In this document: positions 22,301 through 35,364 of the stretch, piece by piece
Numbering within the stretch: position 1 is the stretch's first letter
How the letters are laid out: every line of letters begins with the position of its first letter
Origin: Bigelowiella natans CCMP2755
Lineage: Eukaryota; Protista; Cercozoa
Length of the DNA: 64,000 nucleotides
Assembly (NCBI GenBank): GCA_000320545.1
Contig: ADNK01002345.1
Location: forward strand, 1 to 64,000
Reading direction: 5' to 3'
Made by a program: the position numbers and the translations under genes
The notes under the pieces: generated by a model
What the model was told of the DNA's origin: nothing
The model's database searches: none
What the model saw: the letters and a program-made list of their open reading frames with translations, nothing else

Positions 22301-23628
22301 TTGCTACTTGGTGGGTGGCCAAAACGACGGTTTTCCTCACACGCCCACGAGATGGCGACGACGATGCGAGCGGCTTGATGCAGTGCTCCCAGATGTGCCG
22401 CCCAGTGTTGGCGTCCACAGCCGACAACACGTCATCCTAAAAGGGGACAAGAGACAATCATTGATGGTAGCACCACTACATCGTAGCAGCGCTAGATCGG
22501 AGATTTTCACGACCAAAACAAATGCCGAAATTGCATATTTGACGAAGTCTCAATAAGAAAAAAGGACGGGGGGGGGGGGGGGGGGGGGGGGAGGCGACGC
22601 ATGCCACACCCACCAGAATATACACGTCCTTATCGGCGTAGACAGCCCTTGCTAGGGCCACGCGGGCTTTCTGCCCCCCACTGAGCTGTACCCCGGACTT
22701 TCCAACGCACGTGCTGTCGCCCAGGCGAAACGAGAGGATGTCCTTCTCCAAGCACGACATGAAGATCGCGCTCTTGTATCGTTTCTCATCCATCCGGGCT
22801 CCGAAGACGATGTTATCACGAATGGTGCCGCTGATAAGGAAGGGCTTCTGCCCGACGTAGGCGCGGCTTCCGCTAGTTGTGAGTTGCCCGGACAAGGGCT
22901 TCTGCGCGAGGCTGATCGCCTTGAGCAACCTACAGGACACATCCACACACACACACACACACACGATACAACTACTGATCAACTGAGAAATATCTTGTGG
23001 TCCCGACATTCAAAAATACGTCTTTCCCATTGAGGAGGTCCGTGGACGCGGATTATTTAAAAAAAGAGTTTGCATGGTGAGTGTGTTTGCGTGTGTGTGT
23101 GTAAGTGTGTGTACATACGTTGACTTTCCAATACCAATCGGCCCGTGCACGATCGCCAGATCTCCCCGGTTTAGTGATAGATTGAGGTTAGCAAGCACAA
23201 CCTTCTGCTTTCCCTCCGCAAGCTCATACCCAAGGTCAGCCCCCCCTGCCCTCACTGCCACTTCTCCCCGGAGACTACCGCCAGCGGAGCGGGGGGCAAC
23301 GCCACTCATTTGCTTTGATTCTCTCTGCACGGTAGCCGATCCAGCGGCGCGGCTAATAGCGACACCGTCTTGACCAACTGAGCTGTTTACCTTCGTAAAG
23401 AAATCGGCGAGACGCTTGCATGAGGGATTGATCGTTGCCCAAAGGTCGAATATCCATGGGAGCTCCTGTAGCGTCCACTGCAGCTGCGAAATCCAGCCAA
23501 GCGTGGCAAAGGCTACGGCGGGCGTCAGGCTCTTGCCTTCCACCAATGTGTAATACCTTTGGGAGGCGTAATGGGGGCCAGGTAGGAAGGGAGAGGGGGG
23601 GGTGGTATTGGTTAGAGAGATATCATAA

Positions 23629-23659
<31 letters not shown>

Positions 23660-25149
23660 CTTATGTTAGTGTTCTTACGAGAAGATGGAGACGGGCACGG
23701 CTGCCGTACCTACACATCCCAAGAACTCGTTGCACGCCGAAAGGTAGCGCGCCTTCCCGAGGAGGCTAAGCTCCTCAGTCCTCTTCGTCGAGACCTTGCC
23801 CCTCCAGGCCGCGTGCGTCATCGAGAGCTTCACACGCTTGATGGTCTTGATGAGATCGGTCATCAGGCGGCTGCGTGCGTCCCTGCATTCCTGCACCCTG
23901 TTGTTGAGAGGCTCTATCCTCTTCCACACAACGACCATGAGGCCCGTTTGCACGACCATCACTACGGTGCCGACGACCGCAGCCGTTCCGACCAGCCTGT
24001 AGACGAAGTAGATGGAGACAGGCAGCGATATCACGGCCCAGGAGCACTGCCCCATGAAGAATACGATCCACTCGACCTTGGCAAACTTATCGGCATCCGT
24101 CGCGACGAGGTTCGTGAGCTTTCCAACGTCGAAGTCCGGCTCGCACTTTGCAGGAAGATAGAGAGCGTTCTGGTAAAGTGCCTGCACCAAGGCGGAGCGT
24201 GCGTTGTTCATGGCGCGGACAGACGCGAAATAGCTGGTCTCGACCGTTGTCGTGCGCACGAGCATGCTCACACCTAGTCCTGCAACGAAGAGGAGGTTGG
24301 TGCGGAGCGAGTTCTCGCCGTCCAAGAGGTATTGGAGGATGAGCGGGTCCACCATCATGCAGACCAGAAACAGCCAGCAATTCACAACGCACGACAAGCA
24401 TAACCACGGCTGGATCGACCAGATTACCGTCACGAACAGAAACCTTCGTCGGTTTGGAAAAAGAAAAAATGACCAATGCGATGCCGGGGGCGGGTGAGAT
24501 TGAGATGATTGATCACATCCGAAACACATCACGGCATATGCGTATGCAGGCATGTACGTTTGCTTACCATCCTGAAATTTTTTTCCTTGTGGATAGGATT
24601 TGGCGTAGGCGCTCGTACAGTCTCTCCGGATGGTCCTGTGAAGGGAGTTTAGGGATATCCCCTTCAGTGAGACGGCCATTTTTCTCAGCCCGTGAGAGGA
24701 CTGGTGTCATCCACCAAAAGGTATACTGCGATATGTAACCTACATCGGAGTATTTATAAATGGGAGAACCAACTGGCTTAAGAAAGGATTCACATGCCTG
24801 CTTTGTCCTGGTCTGCAACATTCTTCTTCTCTGACGCCATGGGTGCCTCAGAAGTTTTGAGTTCGCCTTTTCCTTCAATATCCTCAAGTAATTCTTCCTC
24901 AAGTTGGAGGTAATCATGGTACTGCGATGATTGTGCTGATCTACAGCAGTTGCAAAATAAACGCTGAGCAAAAGTGCAGCGTCTCCTGCCTCCCCCCCCT
25001 GGATCGAAAACTTCTTCGTAGCCGTTTAAGTTTTGACTACATCCAGGGTAAGTTGATAAATTGGGAGGAGGCTCTCCAACGGGGTCCTTATCGTTCGGAG
25101 AGTCAAAGTGCATAGGGTCATTCAATAGCTTCTTGTTGTGATCGAACAA
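17627..25149 (-). CDS. ABCC: ABC transporter subfamily C (MRP-like), many exons
   Basis: Lasso-region YTFWWMTPVL and TMD1 (GKLTNLVATDA). NBD1 has Walker A GPIGIGKS and LSGGQKARVALARAVY. TMD2 has FFDTTPAGKILNRF and SVERVGEY. NBD2 has GRSGCGKSS, FSAGERQLIALARAL and HRLQHIHR...DSGSLVEFG. The 5' end is uncertain. Confidence 0.95.
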
Positions 25150-25263
25150 GTACAGAACGGCTGTGTTAGAATACTCTCGCCTTTTGTGCTCCGAAGGTTA
25201 TCCAAAATCTACAATTATTTTCATCCATTACATGCGCACATTCCAGAAACTCGCTTTATCCCC

Positions 25264-25326
<63 letters not shown>

Positions 25327-26890
25327 ACAGACATACACAAAGCACTCAGGCACACACGTACCCTTTCGGCGCGTTTTGGGTTTTGCTTGTGGAGCCGAGC
25401 TGCAGCCGGGTTGTGAGGCCTCGACCACACGCCCTTTCACCGTGAACACGGCCGTGAACCTGCGGAAACGTCGAAAAACGTCCTGCAATTCATGTGCAAT
25501 GTCCACGGAGAAGACACATCCCGGAGTGCTCTTGGTAAGGCTCGGGCGTTCCGCGAAGTTTCTTTCAATTCGGGGGCGCTTTTTGGGCTTGATCGCCCAA
25601 AAAGACGTTATGCTTCTAGAATCGTTTTTTTAGGCAGTTTTGGAAAAAAGCTACGAGAGTACTACGGTACGTAGTGCACCTTCGTCGCTTTGGGTCGTTT
25701 AGATCTGCGACTCGTTCTCGTCCATGTCGCAGCATGCACATTGGTTAGTGTTTTCGCGTGATATTGGTACCTGCTCCCGATATCTCCGGGTAACCTGAGA
25801 GTGAAAAAGGAGCAACTAGTGATCAATCAGCAGGAGGAACAGCTTCGTAATTCCACATACCCCCGGATAATTCTCCGATCGGAAAGTGGCCAGTATCTTC
25901 CAGGGTGCGTCGGGCCCCTAAATCTGCGTACTGGTTATTTTTCTAGATCTCTTTTCTTACCGAATTTTATCGGGAATCTTACTAAATTAGACATCTTCCG
26001 AAATCTGCTCGAACCATCGTTTTCCGACGAGCCCGGCATCGATCCATGTGGCGGGTGTCTTGGAGCAATCGTCCTTTTGCTCGTGGGGACGTAGTATGGG
26101 CGCTGCTCCTAATTTGCTTGATGCTAGCGTGGGCTACTTCCATCCTTTGGCTCCTCAGTAAGCTCGAATGCCTTTGCCTCCGCTTATGCCTTTCGCTATT
26201 GTCCTCGTCATGGATCGAACGAACATGCCTGACAAGTTGCTCATCTCGACAGCATCAATGAACGTCGACTCCAGCTTTGAGCCTATCGGTATGGAAAAAG
26301 TGTTCTTTTTTGTTTCAAGTGAGCAAAAACGAAATACATTCTGGTGATTCATCAACTGGTAGGGAGTCTTTCCGAGGAGCTACATGCATGCAAATCGGTG
26401 CATGGGATTGGAGAAGCGGCCGCGACAGTAGGCTCGAATCTGGTGAGCAACCGTGACCAACGTACCACAGAAAAGAATGCTGTGCTGTGTGTGCTGAGAT
26501 AAGAATAAATCAGGCCCGAAAGTCAAAGATATGGGCAATACTGTACAAGCACATAGAGCTGCCAATCGGCGCGCTTGTGGCAATTATCCTGCTTTCATGC
26601 CTCTGGTCCTCCCATGTTGTCATCGATCTACGTTTGCACCGTCCTTCTCTGTTAATCGGAACAAAGGAATCCGCATTGGTTTCGATATCATTCTCAGATG
26701 TATGTATTTCTACACCTTGCATGATTCGGATTGCGTTGTTTGGTATCCTTGGTTCCATTCCCCGTATTGCAGGCTTGTGGCCCTCCAGTCATGTGGTTAT
26801 ATCGCGGTATGCAATCAACAGTATCTAACCTAAAAAGAGGGGATTCGACGTTTATCATCGCTTTCATCGTGTAAAAAAAAATAGGTGTGG

Positions 26891-28950
26891 ATGACGATGC
26901 TTATCAAATCGGCAGCTCTCGTTGCATTGGGTGTGCGTTTCGAAGATTACGGTCAGTGTGCATGCGTCGGTGCGTACGCGTTACATTTTCGTAAAGTGAG
27001 TTGATTATTTTCCCATCAGGATTCACATCCGCGTCTCACTCGTGCTACATGATCGGTTTTGGATTGGCGCTTATAACGGTATGAGCCGCTCTTGAAAAAC
27101 ACCGAAGCAACACACGCCTCCATCTTAAGGGAAACGTTAAACGTGATATAGTCGAAGCTAGCAGCCTAATCGTCGAGTGGAATCTCTGTGTAGGTGTGGC
27201 AATACAAGAGAATCAACCTAACAGCCCAGATCCTGCAGAAGGTAAACATACTATCTATTATATGATGTGTAGTGTCCAAGTGCACTCGGTTTTAGAAGGA
27301 AAAAACAAAAGTCTTAGAGAACTATGCGCCGAATTTACGTCTTAGTATAAACATCCTGTGTGCATGAGATAGATAGGCACGCACACCACCCCCAACCAGG
27401 GACACAAGCAGCAGAATCACCATTATCACCGCCGCCTCTTCAGGTCGGGCAGAGTCTTCAAGAGACGGGGTGGCAAACATGGTAATAAGACCAACAACAA
27501 CTGAATATGTGACTGTTGCTACGAAAGTAATATAAATTCAGATTCTACGGTCATCACTAACTTCCTTGTTCTTAACAGGGCTGCGGCGGCTATTCTGCAA
27601 GCGCTGTTCGCCCTTGTCTTCTTGGTAGGTATATATGATGATGTGATGACGACGGTGATGATGATGATGAAGGAGGAGGAGGAGGAAGGGGGGGAGGGGG
27701 CTGGTGGTAAGATTTATCCGCCCGCCTTCTTTGAGAAAGGCTTCCTGTCTCTTTCATCAGATTTTGTGTTCTTTCCCCTTTGAATTTTGGAGAAGTGTCA
27801 GGCTGTATTTTTGCAGAGTGGGTTGCATACACCGCTCTTCACGTTTGATAATGCAACAACATCATTGTTATCGCCAAACCACCAGATGTTCGCGTTTGCC
27901 AGCGTGAGCTCCTTCTTTGTCTGGGAACTCCGACGTAACAACACGGTAGCAAGTAGGAGCAGTAGTATTTCTATTCTTCTTATTAGTAAGTAGTAGTAGC
28001 AGTAGTAGTAGTAGTGGTAGTAGCAGGGGAGGAGGAGGAGGAGAGGGATTTCGGAAAAGCAGAAATTTAAGAGAGAGAAAAGTTGTGTGGTAGTATTTAT
28101 TGGACGAGTCTTTACTATACCTCGTCGTCAAAGCAAATAGCAACAGCAACAACAACAACAACAACACTAGCAGCAGCAGTAGTAGCAGCACCTATAAACC
28201 TACAGGGTCATTGCGTGCTAGAGAGATCGTCGATGGCGCAGAATATTCAAACGGTACGAGCATGTGGTGTGGGGAGGGGGGGGGGTGGGGCTGTGCGAAT
28301 TGGAGCAACTCGTTTATTAGTTAGCTATTATGATTTTTAACATGAAAAGGGCTTCGGAAAGCCCTTGCTACTGCTTCTACTACTACTAGTAGTAGTACCA
28401 CTAATACTACTCGCATGTGGGCATTTCCTTCTCATCCCTCCTCTATTTCCTCCTCCTCCTCCTCCTCCTCCTCCTACTCCCCGCCCTCCTCTTTATTCGG
28501 TTTGTTCCTCAGCTCTCGGCGCTGGCCTTCGCTTGGGCGAGCGCATTTCTGCGCTCCGGACGCCTCCTCGTGGTAGCATCGAGCACGGTATTATACGCTG
28601 CTACCCGATTGTTGTCTGTCGTTGTTTTAGCAGCAACATCGCCAGCATTGTGATGATAATCATGCTTGCTCCCAGAGGTGGCAGGCGTAAACAACCCCCC
28701 CCCCCCCCCCCCCTCCCTATTCCCCGCACACTCGATGCAAATAGATGAGGGGCGTCGTCGGCGGCTACGTTGTCGGCCAGGCGGTGAGCGACATGTTGTT
28801 CAGTGATGATGACGATGGTTAAGAAGCGCGTGGCGATTTGATGATGATGATGATGATGATGATTACGATAATGATGAATGATGGCAATAATGATCATGAC
28901 AGCGAAATAGTGGGAGGCAAAGAGCAGCACTCCTCAACGTTATTCTCTCT

Positions 28951-29015
<65 letters not shown>

Positions 29016-29194
29016 TTCTCCCAGGGGGAGAGCGTCGTTACGATGGGCGCGTACGTCTTCGCGCTGGTCTTGGGAATGGTGAGTATTGAGAATAGAAGCA
29101 GCAGCAGCAGCAGCTCTCCCGACTGTCGCAAATGGCAGCAGGAGGAATCGAGAATGGGGAGCAGTAAATAGGAGAAGCAGAAGTAGTACTAGTT

Positions 29195-29237
<43 letters not shown>

Positions 29238-30535
29238 CACTAGCAGTGTAAGGTTGCATATAGGAGTCGATGCTACTATACTGATGGCAAACCAACGATT
29301 CACGTAGTTGGCTTGGGAGTACGTTGATGGGGTCGAGGAGTTCCACACTCTTTCACAAGCAGCTCAAACGGTCATTCACCCATTAACCCATCCCCTCTCT
29401 TTGCGCACCGACCCCGTCTCCCCTCCCTCCTCCCCTTTTAATCCTCCTAATTTGTCCGAACGCGATCATCATCATCATCATCATCACCACCACCACCACC
29501 ATCATAATGATAATAGCGTAATACACCCCCAGATGACGGGCGAGGTGCTGTTTTATCTTCTCTTCATCGTCTACATGCTGCTCACCTACTACCCTATTCT
29601 CTCGCTTATGGTAGTGTTAAGCAGTTGCAACAGTAGTAGCAGTAGTAGCAGTGTAGTAGTCATAATACTTGCGTGTTTATGGCGTCTCCCCGCCCTTGTC
29701 ATTACGTCGTTATCGTCGCGCTGCTCACTAATGCCGAAATCGATCTTCCTTTCATGCGACTTGGTGTTCACCCACTTACCACTTCCTCCTCACCCCCCCC
29801 CCCTCCCCCTCCTCCTCCTCCTCCTCCTCCCTCCTATCAGTTAAGCGTGATCTTCTCGGACTTTCTCCCTGAGTTCATGACTCCCTTCCTCACGGGTTTG
29901 TTTGTCGCATGTGGGGCGCATCTCCTCTTCGGTTTCCTGGGGGAGGTCATCCTCGCCGCTCTTAACGCGATTTACTTCTGCTACTGCATCGATCTCGACG
30001 AGGCGCGAAGGTGAGAGCCAATAATCACCGCACCATCCACGTCGCCGGGAAGCAGAGGAGGCGAGAGCTTGTGTCCCTTGGATGATCATCTGGAGAGTAA
30101 CAATAGCTGCGATTGGAGGTGCACTTCCCAGCGAGTTGCGTGGCTGATGGTTTTGTCTGTCTTTGTGTGTGTGTGTGTGTGTGTGTCTGTGTTTGCGTTG
30201 TGTTTTATTTAGGCGGCACACTCGGAGGAGGGGGGGCAAGGTAATTCCGAAAGATCGAGCGATTCGCAATCATCCCAAGGCTTTTTTACCCACTTATATT
30301 CGGAACAGCACCGATGATTCTTGAAGAATAGGAGAAAGAAGGGGGAGAAGAACAAGAAGAAGAAGAAGAAGAAGAAGAAGAGGAAGAAAAGGAGCATTTG
30401 TTTCTCTTTGTGATGTTGTTTGCTGATTGTAGCCGATGCCATCATCTATTGATATCATTTTATGTGAATAATGCCCTTCTCCGAACAGGAGAAAATTGCC
30501 CTCGGAGAGCTGTTTGAGCAGGTTATGGCAGCGAT

Positions 30536-30569
<34 letters not shown>

Positions 30570-31060
30570 ATGCAAATAGAATGGAGAGAGGGGGATGCGA
30601 AGCTGAAGAACTTTCTTCCTCGTAGTAGTATAGGGTTCGTATTCCAGCACATCGTCACTATCATCATCATCATCATCATCATTATCATTATCATCATTTT
30701 CATCATTACCATCATCGTCGTCGTCGTCGTCGCTATCGCTATCGCTATTTGAAACAACAGCTCGAGGAAAATGAAGGTTTCCCGCCGCGTCCATCAGCCC
30801 CCCCTCTAGCTACTAGCGGCCACTACGAGGGGGGGTATAGGGAAGAGGACGAGGAGGTGAATCTTACTCTTTCCGCACCAGATCCCCTCTACTTAACACA
30901 AATAAAAACTCATCATCATCATATCCGACTACACATCTGTCTCACAAATCGCCTCCCCTCCTCCTCATTCCCTAGAATAAATGGGTACCCCCGTCGAATT
31001 TGGCGAGAGGGGGACGAGGAACATCTTACGGTGGCGGGGGGGAGCAAGAAAGGAAGGTAG
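26891..31060 (+). CDS. Choline transporter-like (CTL/SLC44/Pns1) membrane protein, many short exons
   Basis: A chain of hydrophobic GT-AG-bounded exons (AAAILQALFALVFL, LSALAFAWASAFL, VLFYLLFIVYMLLTYYPIL). The C-terminal ILAALNAIYFCYCIDLDE resembles the CTL 'VDTLFVCY.ED' segment. Both ends are approximate. Confidence 0.5.
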
Positions 31061-31119
31061 CAGAATGCGCCAACCTCATCGTCGCTATTCATTATCATCA
31101 TCACCACCATCATCGTTAC

Positions 31120-31151
<32 letters not shown>

Positions 31152-31272
31152 CTCACATCCACCAAGGCCACCCATCTCCGCCTTCTTACCAAGGACACCG
31201 TTCGCATAGAACATAAATTGTTCGCGCCTCCATCCCCTCCCCGGAGTCACTCTGGAAAGCTCATCGTGCTGC

Positions 31273-31303
<31 letters not shown>

Positions 31304-31494
31304 CCCTTTGGTAATTCTCGCGAGCTACATCTACCCATCACTGGGACTAAATGACTACTGCTCCACCTCGCGCTATAATAGGCTGCAACGGGCGGCCGCC
31401 CCTCCGCCCCCCCTCTCGACGATGACCTCCCAGCAGGTCGTGATAGGGAGATGTAATAGACAGGCTAGACAAGCCCATCAAATCTCACACGTCT

Positions 31495-31532
<38 letters not shown>

Positions 31533-32711
31533 AAGCAAGGAGGTATATACTGGCACGGAAATACCCTGAGCGCTGGTGCGCTGCCTGTTCATCGTCGTCG
31601 TCATCGTCATCGTTTTCGTCGTCGCGTTAACTGATATTAGATTGTCCACCATCATCCTCTTGCATTTGCTGCTGCTGCTGTTGCTGCGCGCGAATAGGGA
31701 CGGTATTGGGCTCGGAACGGACACAGAAGAAGTACGACACCTTTGACTGAGAAAGGGGAACAAGAGGAGGGCCGAGAATTAGAAAGGATCAGCAGCCGAT
31801 TTCTTCCTGAGCTGCTGGCGGCACCGTGCACCTTGTCGTATCTCGGTGATGTATTGCCACTGCAACTATCTACAAAGATTATATCGTCGATCGCACCGCG
31901 CAGCGCAACCGCAACTAGCAGCGCAAGGTCGTCACGACAAGGTGTTGCCCTGGCGCACAGTGCATATATATATATAATGTTTGCAAGTCTAAACACGTCA
32001 AATTATTTCAAGCCTGCTGTCAAATTCTCGCGTGCGGAGTTGAGAGCCTAACATACCAACAGATCGATGCGTCTCCTTCAACATTGTGCTGTTTGAGAGT
32101 TTCATTTAATCATGTCGTAGCTGCACAATGACACTGCTATTTCGTGTGAAGACGCATAGTACGTACGTATGTATGAAGAGCCTCAGAGTCTATAATTTTC
32201 GTATTGGAATGCATGAAGCATCTATGGCGCTACTATGTACATAAGGGCCTCGGTCGCTGTCAATGACACGTAAAGGTTACCAGCGCACATGAATAGCAGT
32301 GTTCGCGCCCATATGCCACACCTCACGAAGCTTGCATAGATGTCACAATGATTCTGATAATAGAATTACGTGTCTATAATTCTGCGACTGCGCTCACTCC
32401 TCTCTCTTCTCTCTCTATCTCTACAAATGCATTCACACACACAAACACACACACGCTGTACACACACACATTTTCTTTATAACGTAGATGATTAAAATAC
32501 TGTGAATTCATTATTGGACATCACAGTCCAATGAGCTTCTTCAAGCGATTAGCCTATCCTTGCTGTATACCGGCTTTCTCACTACTTGTCTTCCCGCTTC
32601 ATAATCTGATCCAATAACTGGTCACCGAAATAAGCAGAACAGCGTGTTAATTGAATCATACAGAGAGAGAGCAAGGCTCCTGCAAAACACAAACTACACC
32701 ACCGCCTACCT

Positions 32712-32747
<36 letters not shown>

Positions 32748-32758
32748 TCACGACGCCA

Positions 32759-33243
32759 TTATAATTCGACGAAGTCGGGGTCTACCTTCCGGTGCTCTTT
32801 CGCATCCATCTTCATGAACATTTCAAACATAAAGTAGAAATCCTGCGTTGGAAGGAGAATGAGAGAGAAACATGGACAGATAGACATGGAACTGGAGGGG
32901 GGGGGCTCGGGTTGAGGAAAGGCAGAGACGGAAAAAAGTAGGGAAAACACCATTTCCTATCGTCATTTTATTCTCGTCGTCATCTGTATTGTCGTATCCT
33001 CATCATCATCATCATCATCATTCTCAGCAGCGGCAGCATCCTCCCATCCCTCACACGACCTGGAGGCTAGAGAGTTTGGTATACTCCATGAGCGCTTTCT
33101 TCCAGCTCTTACGTTGCTTGATTAGCGGGCAAAACTCGGAGTAGAAATGGCGCACGCTCTTCCCAGATTGCCCAATCGCAAAGGCAACCTACCCAATTTC
33201 ATGTTAACACAACATCATTACTATCATCACCACCATCGTCATT

Positions 33244-33277
<34 letters not shown>

Positions 33278-33467
33278 GTAGCAGCAGCAGCATGTTCAGT
33301 GGGCGATGATTTCGCACTAGTACTGCTAATGACTACTTCTCCTATTGTTTTTTTACCGCCCATGCTCCTGCATCGTATGCCAACTCACGATAGCCGCCTT
33401 TAGCTTTGAAATCGGCCTGATACGTGCGTGCGTGCGTGTGTGTGTGTGTGTGTGTTTGTGAGTGTGA

Positions 33468-33509
<42 letters not shown>

Positions 33510-33729
33510 TATATGCTTATAAAATACATATTTATAATATACATTGTACAAACATATATATTATTCTTCAGTGCTATATGGCACAGTCTAATACTGAAAC
33601 CAGCTCCTCGTTTGCACGTGTAGAAAACAAAGTTCCGATCATTAGTCTCATGATGTAGAAGCATCAGCAGCACCTTTTCTATGTCCTCCATGTGTTCTAT
33701 CGTTATTCTGGAAGGATGATGATGATGAG

Positions 33730-33760
<31 letters not shown>

Positions 33761-34244
33761 AACCGAAATAGGGAATGTAAATAAGAGAGAAAGGAAAAAC
33801 AAGAAAGCGCACAGGGGCGGGGGAGGGGGGGGGGGGGAATAGTCAAGGCCCAGTTCCTCAATATGCTATCAGCAAGCACGAACATTCTCAATACGCTGAT
33901 TCTCGCGGACGATAACGGCTTTGCTTGACTCACCCTTCATTTTGCTTGCGCCATCTCTGAGCTTCCTCCATGTGAAACCTAGATCACACCATCATCATCA
34001 ACTTCATCAACAACAACAACATCTTCGTTATCATCATCGCCAACGCTGCTATCATTATGCGTCGTCATCTTCTATTGCTCCTCTATTGCAATCGCGACGA
34101 ATCTACGCTCTGTCCCTCTCTTTCTCTTGCTCTCCGTCTATCTGCTTATCTCTCCCAATCAGTCTCAGATCCCTAGGCATCTCTAAGTGCATCCCCCAAC
34201 AACATACCTTTTGTTACTATTATAATTACTACTACTACTACTAC

Positions 34245-34276
<32 letters not shown>

Positions 34277-35329
34277 CCATCATCATCGCCACTATCACAG
34301 TCACTACATCATCTGTTTCTCGAATGTCTCCAAGACGTTCCATTTGTTACAGCCCCCGAGGTAGAACGCCAGGAACTCAGCCGAGCCCTCCTCCAGCCAC
34401 GTCGCTGATTCCTCCAGGTAGCACCCCTACCATGGGGGGGGGGGGGGGGGGGGGGGGTTTCATGGGGGGGTGATGAGGGAGGCGACGATGATGCCGTAGC
34501 ACGCAGCAGCAAAATGCTGGAGGTGGCAGCGTCCGGAGAGTCAAATGCTGTGTTTGTTTTCGGAGAGCAAGCCCCGCCACCAACTACATCTCTTCTGGTG
34601 ATGGATGGGTTGATGATATATTGTCGCAGCGAGAAGATACCTGATATACATGGAAGTACTCGTGGATCCCCCGCGTGGACACGTAGTTGGGCGTCTGGAG
34701 CTTCTGCGAGAGTAGTGTGGGGGCAGTGAGATGGTGAGCCGTCGCAGCCCGATCTCTCCTGTTGACTCAGCGCTGCGCTCTCGTGCGATATGTGCATGTA
34801 CGTGTGATTTACATGCAAAGAGGCGAGAAATGTTCCTGTCATCATCACCATCTCCACCTCCACTATCATAAAACCATCCATTCATATTACACGATCGTTG
34901 AAGCCATGCACTGCGAACTTGTGCGTGTTGCAGAACACCATGCCTCTCCCTTCGTCCACAGCGCCGCTACAGAGAAGGGGCGGGGGGGGGGGGATGGGGG
35001 TTGATCCTTGAACAGCTCTGACGCTATTTTCAAATGTGTATTTCAGTCTCACCACACGTATGCGTCTCCCTGGTCACTTTCCGCCATTTTGATTATGTGC
35101 TCTGAGCAGCCATAATAATGATGATGATGAGGAATTCTCGTCGTTTTCGGTGTCATACATCCATCATCACAACGCGTCTCACAACCCTTTTCGCCGCACA
35201 TGGGCCGGAGGGCTTTCAAGTTGGCTTCCGTGTCCTCTGCAATTAATCATATGTCACGGTGGTGCGATGGTGTGGAACTATATTATTGTCTTTCCAGTCG
35301 CGCAGCAGCGAGCAGGCTAGACGTTGTTG

Positions 35330-35364
<35 letters not shown>

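Noticed and set aside
23435-24277. 280-aa plus-strand ORF and other ORFs overlapping ABCC exons
   Set aside because: Antisense or alternative-frame shadows of ABCC coding exons.
25790-26830. Possible minus-strand gene (segments such as TWIDAGLVGKRWFEQ) divergent from the CTL-like gene
   Set aside because: I could not join the exons into a consistent frame or assign a family, so support is too weak to list.
27860-31560. Many short ORFs with poly-L, poly-H, poly-S, poly-T or poly-D
   Set aside because: These are translations of intronic trinucleotide microsatellites.
31170-32051. Open segments on both strands between the CTL-like and peptidase genes
   Set aside because: Strand and frame are ambiguous and no motif was recognised.
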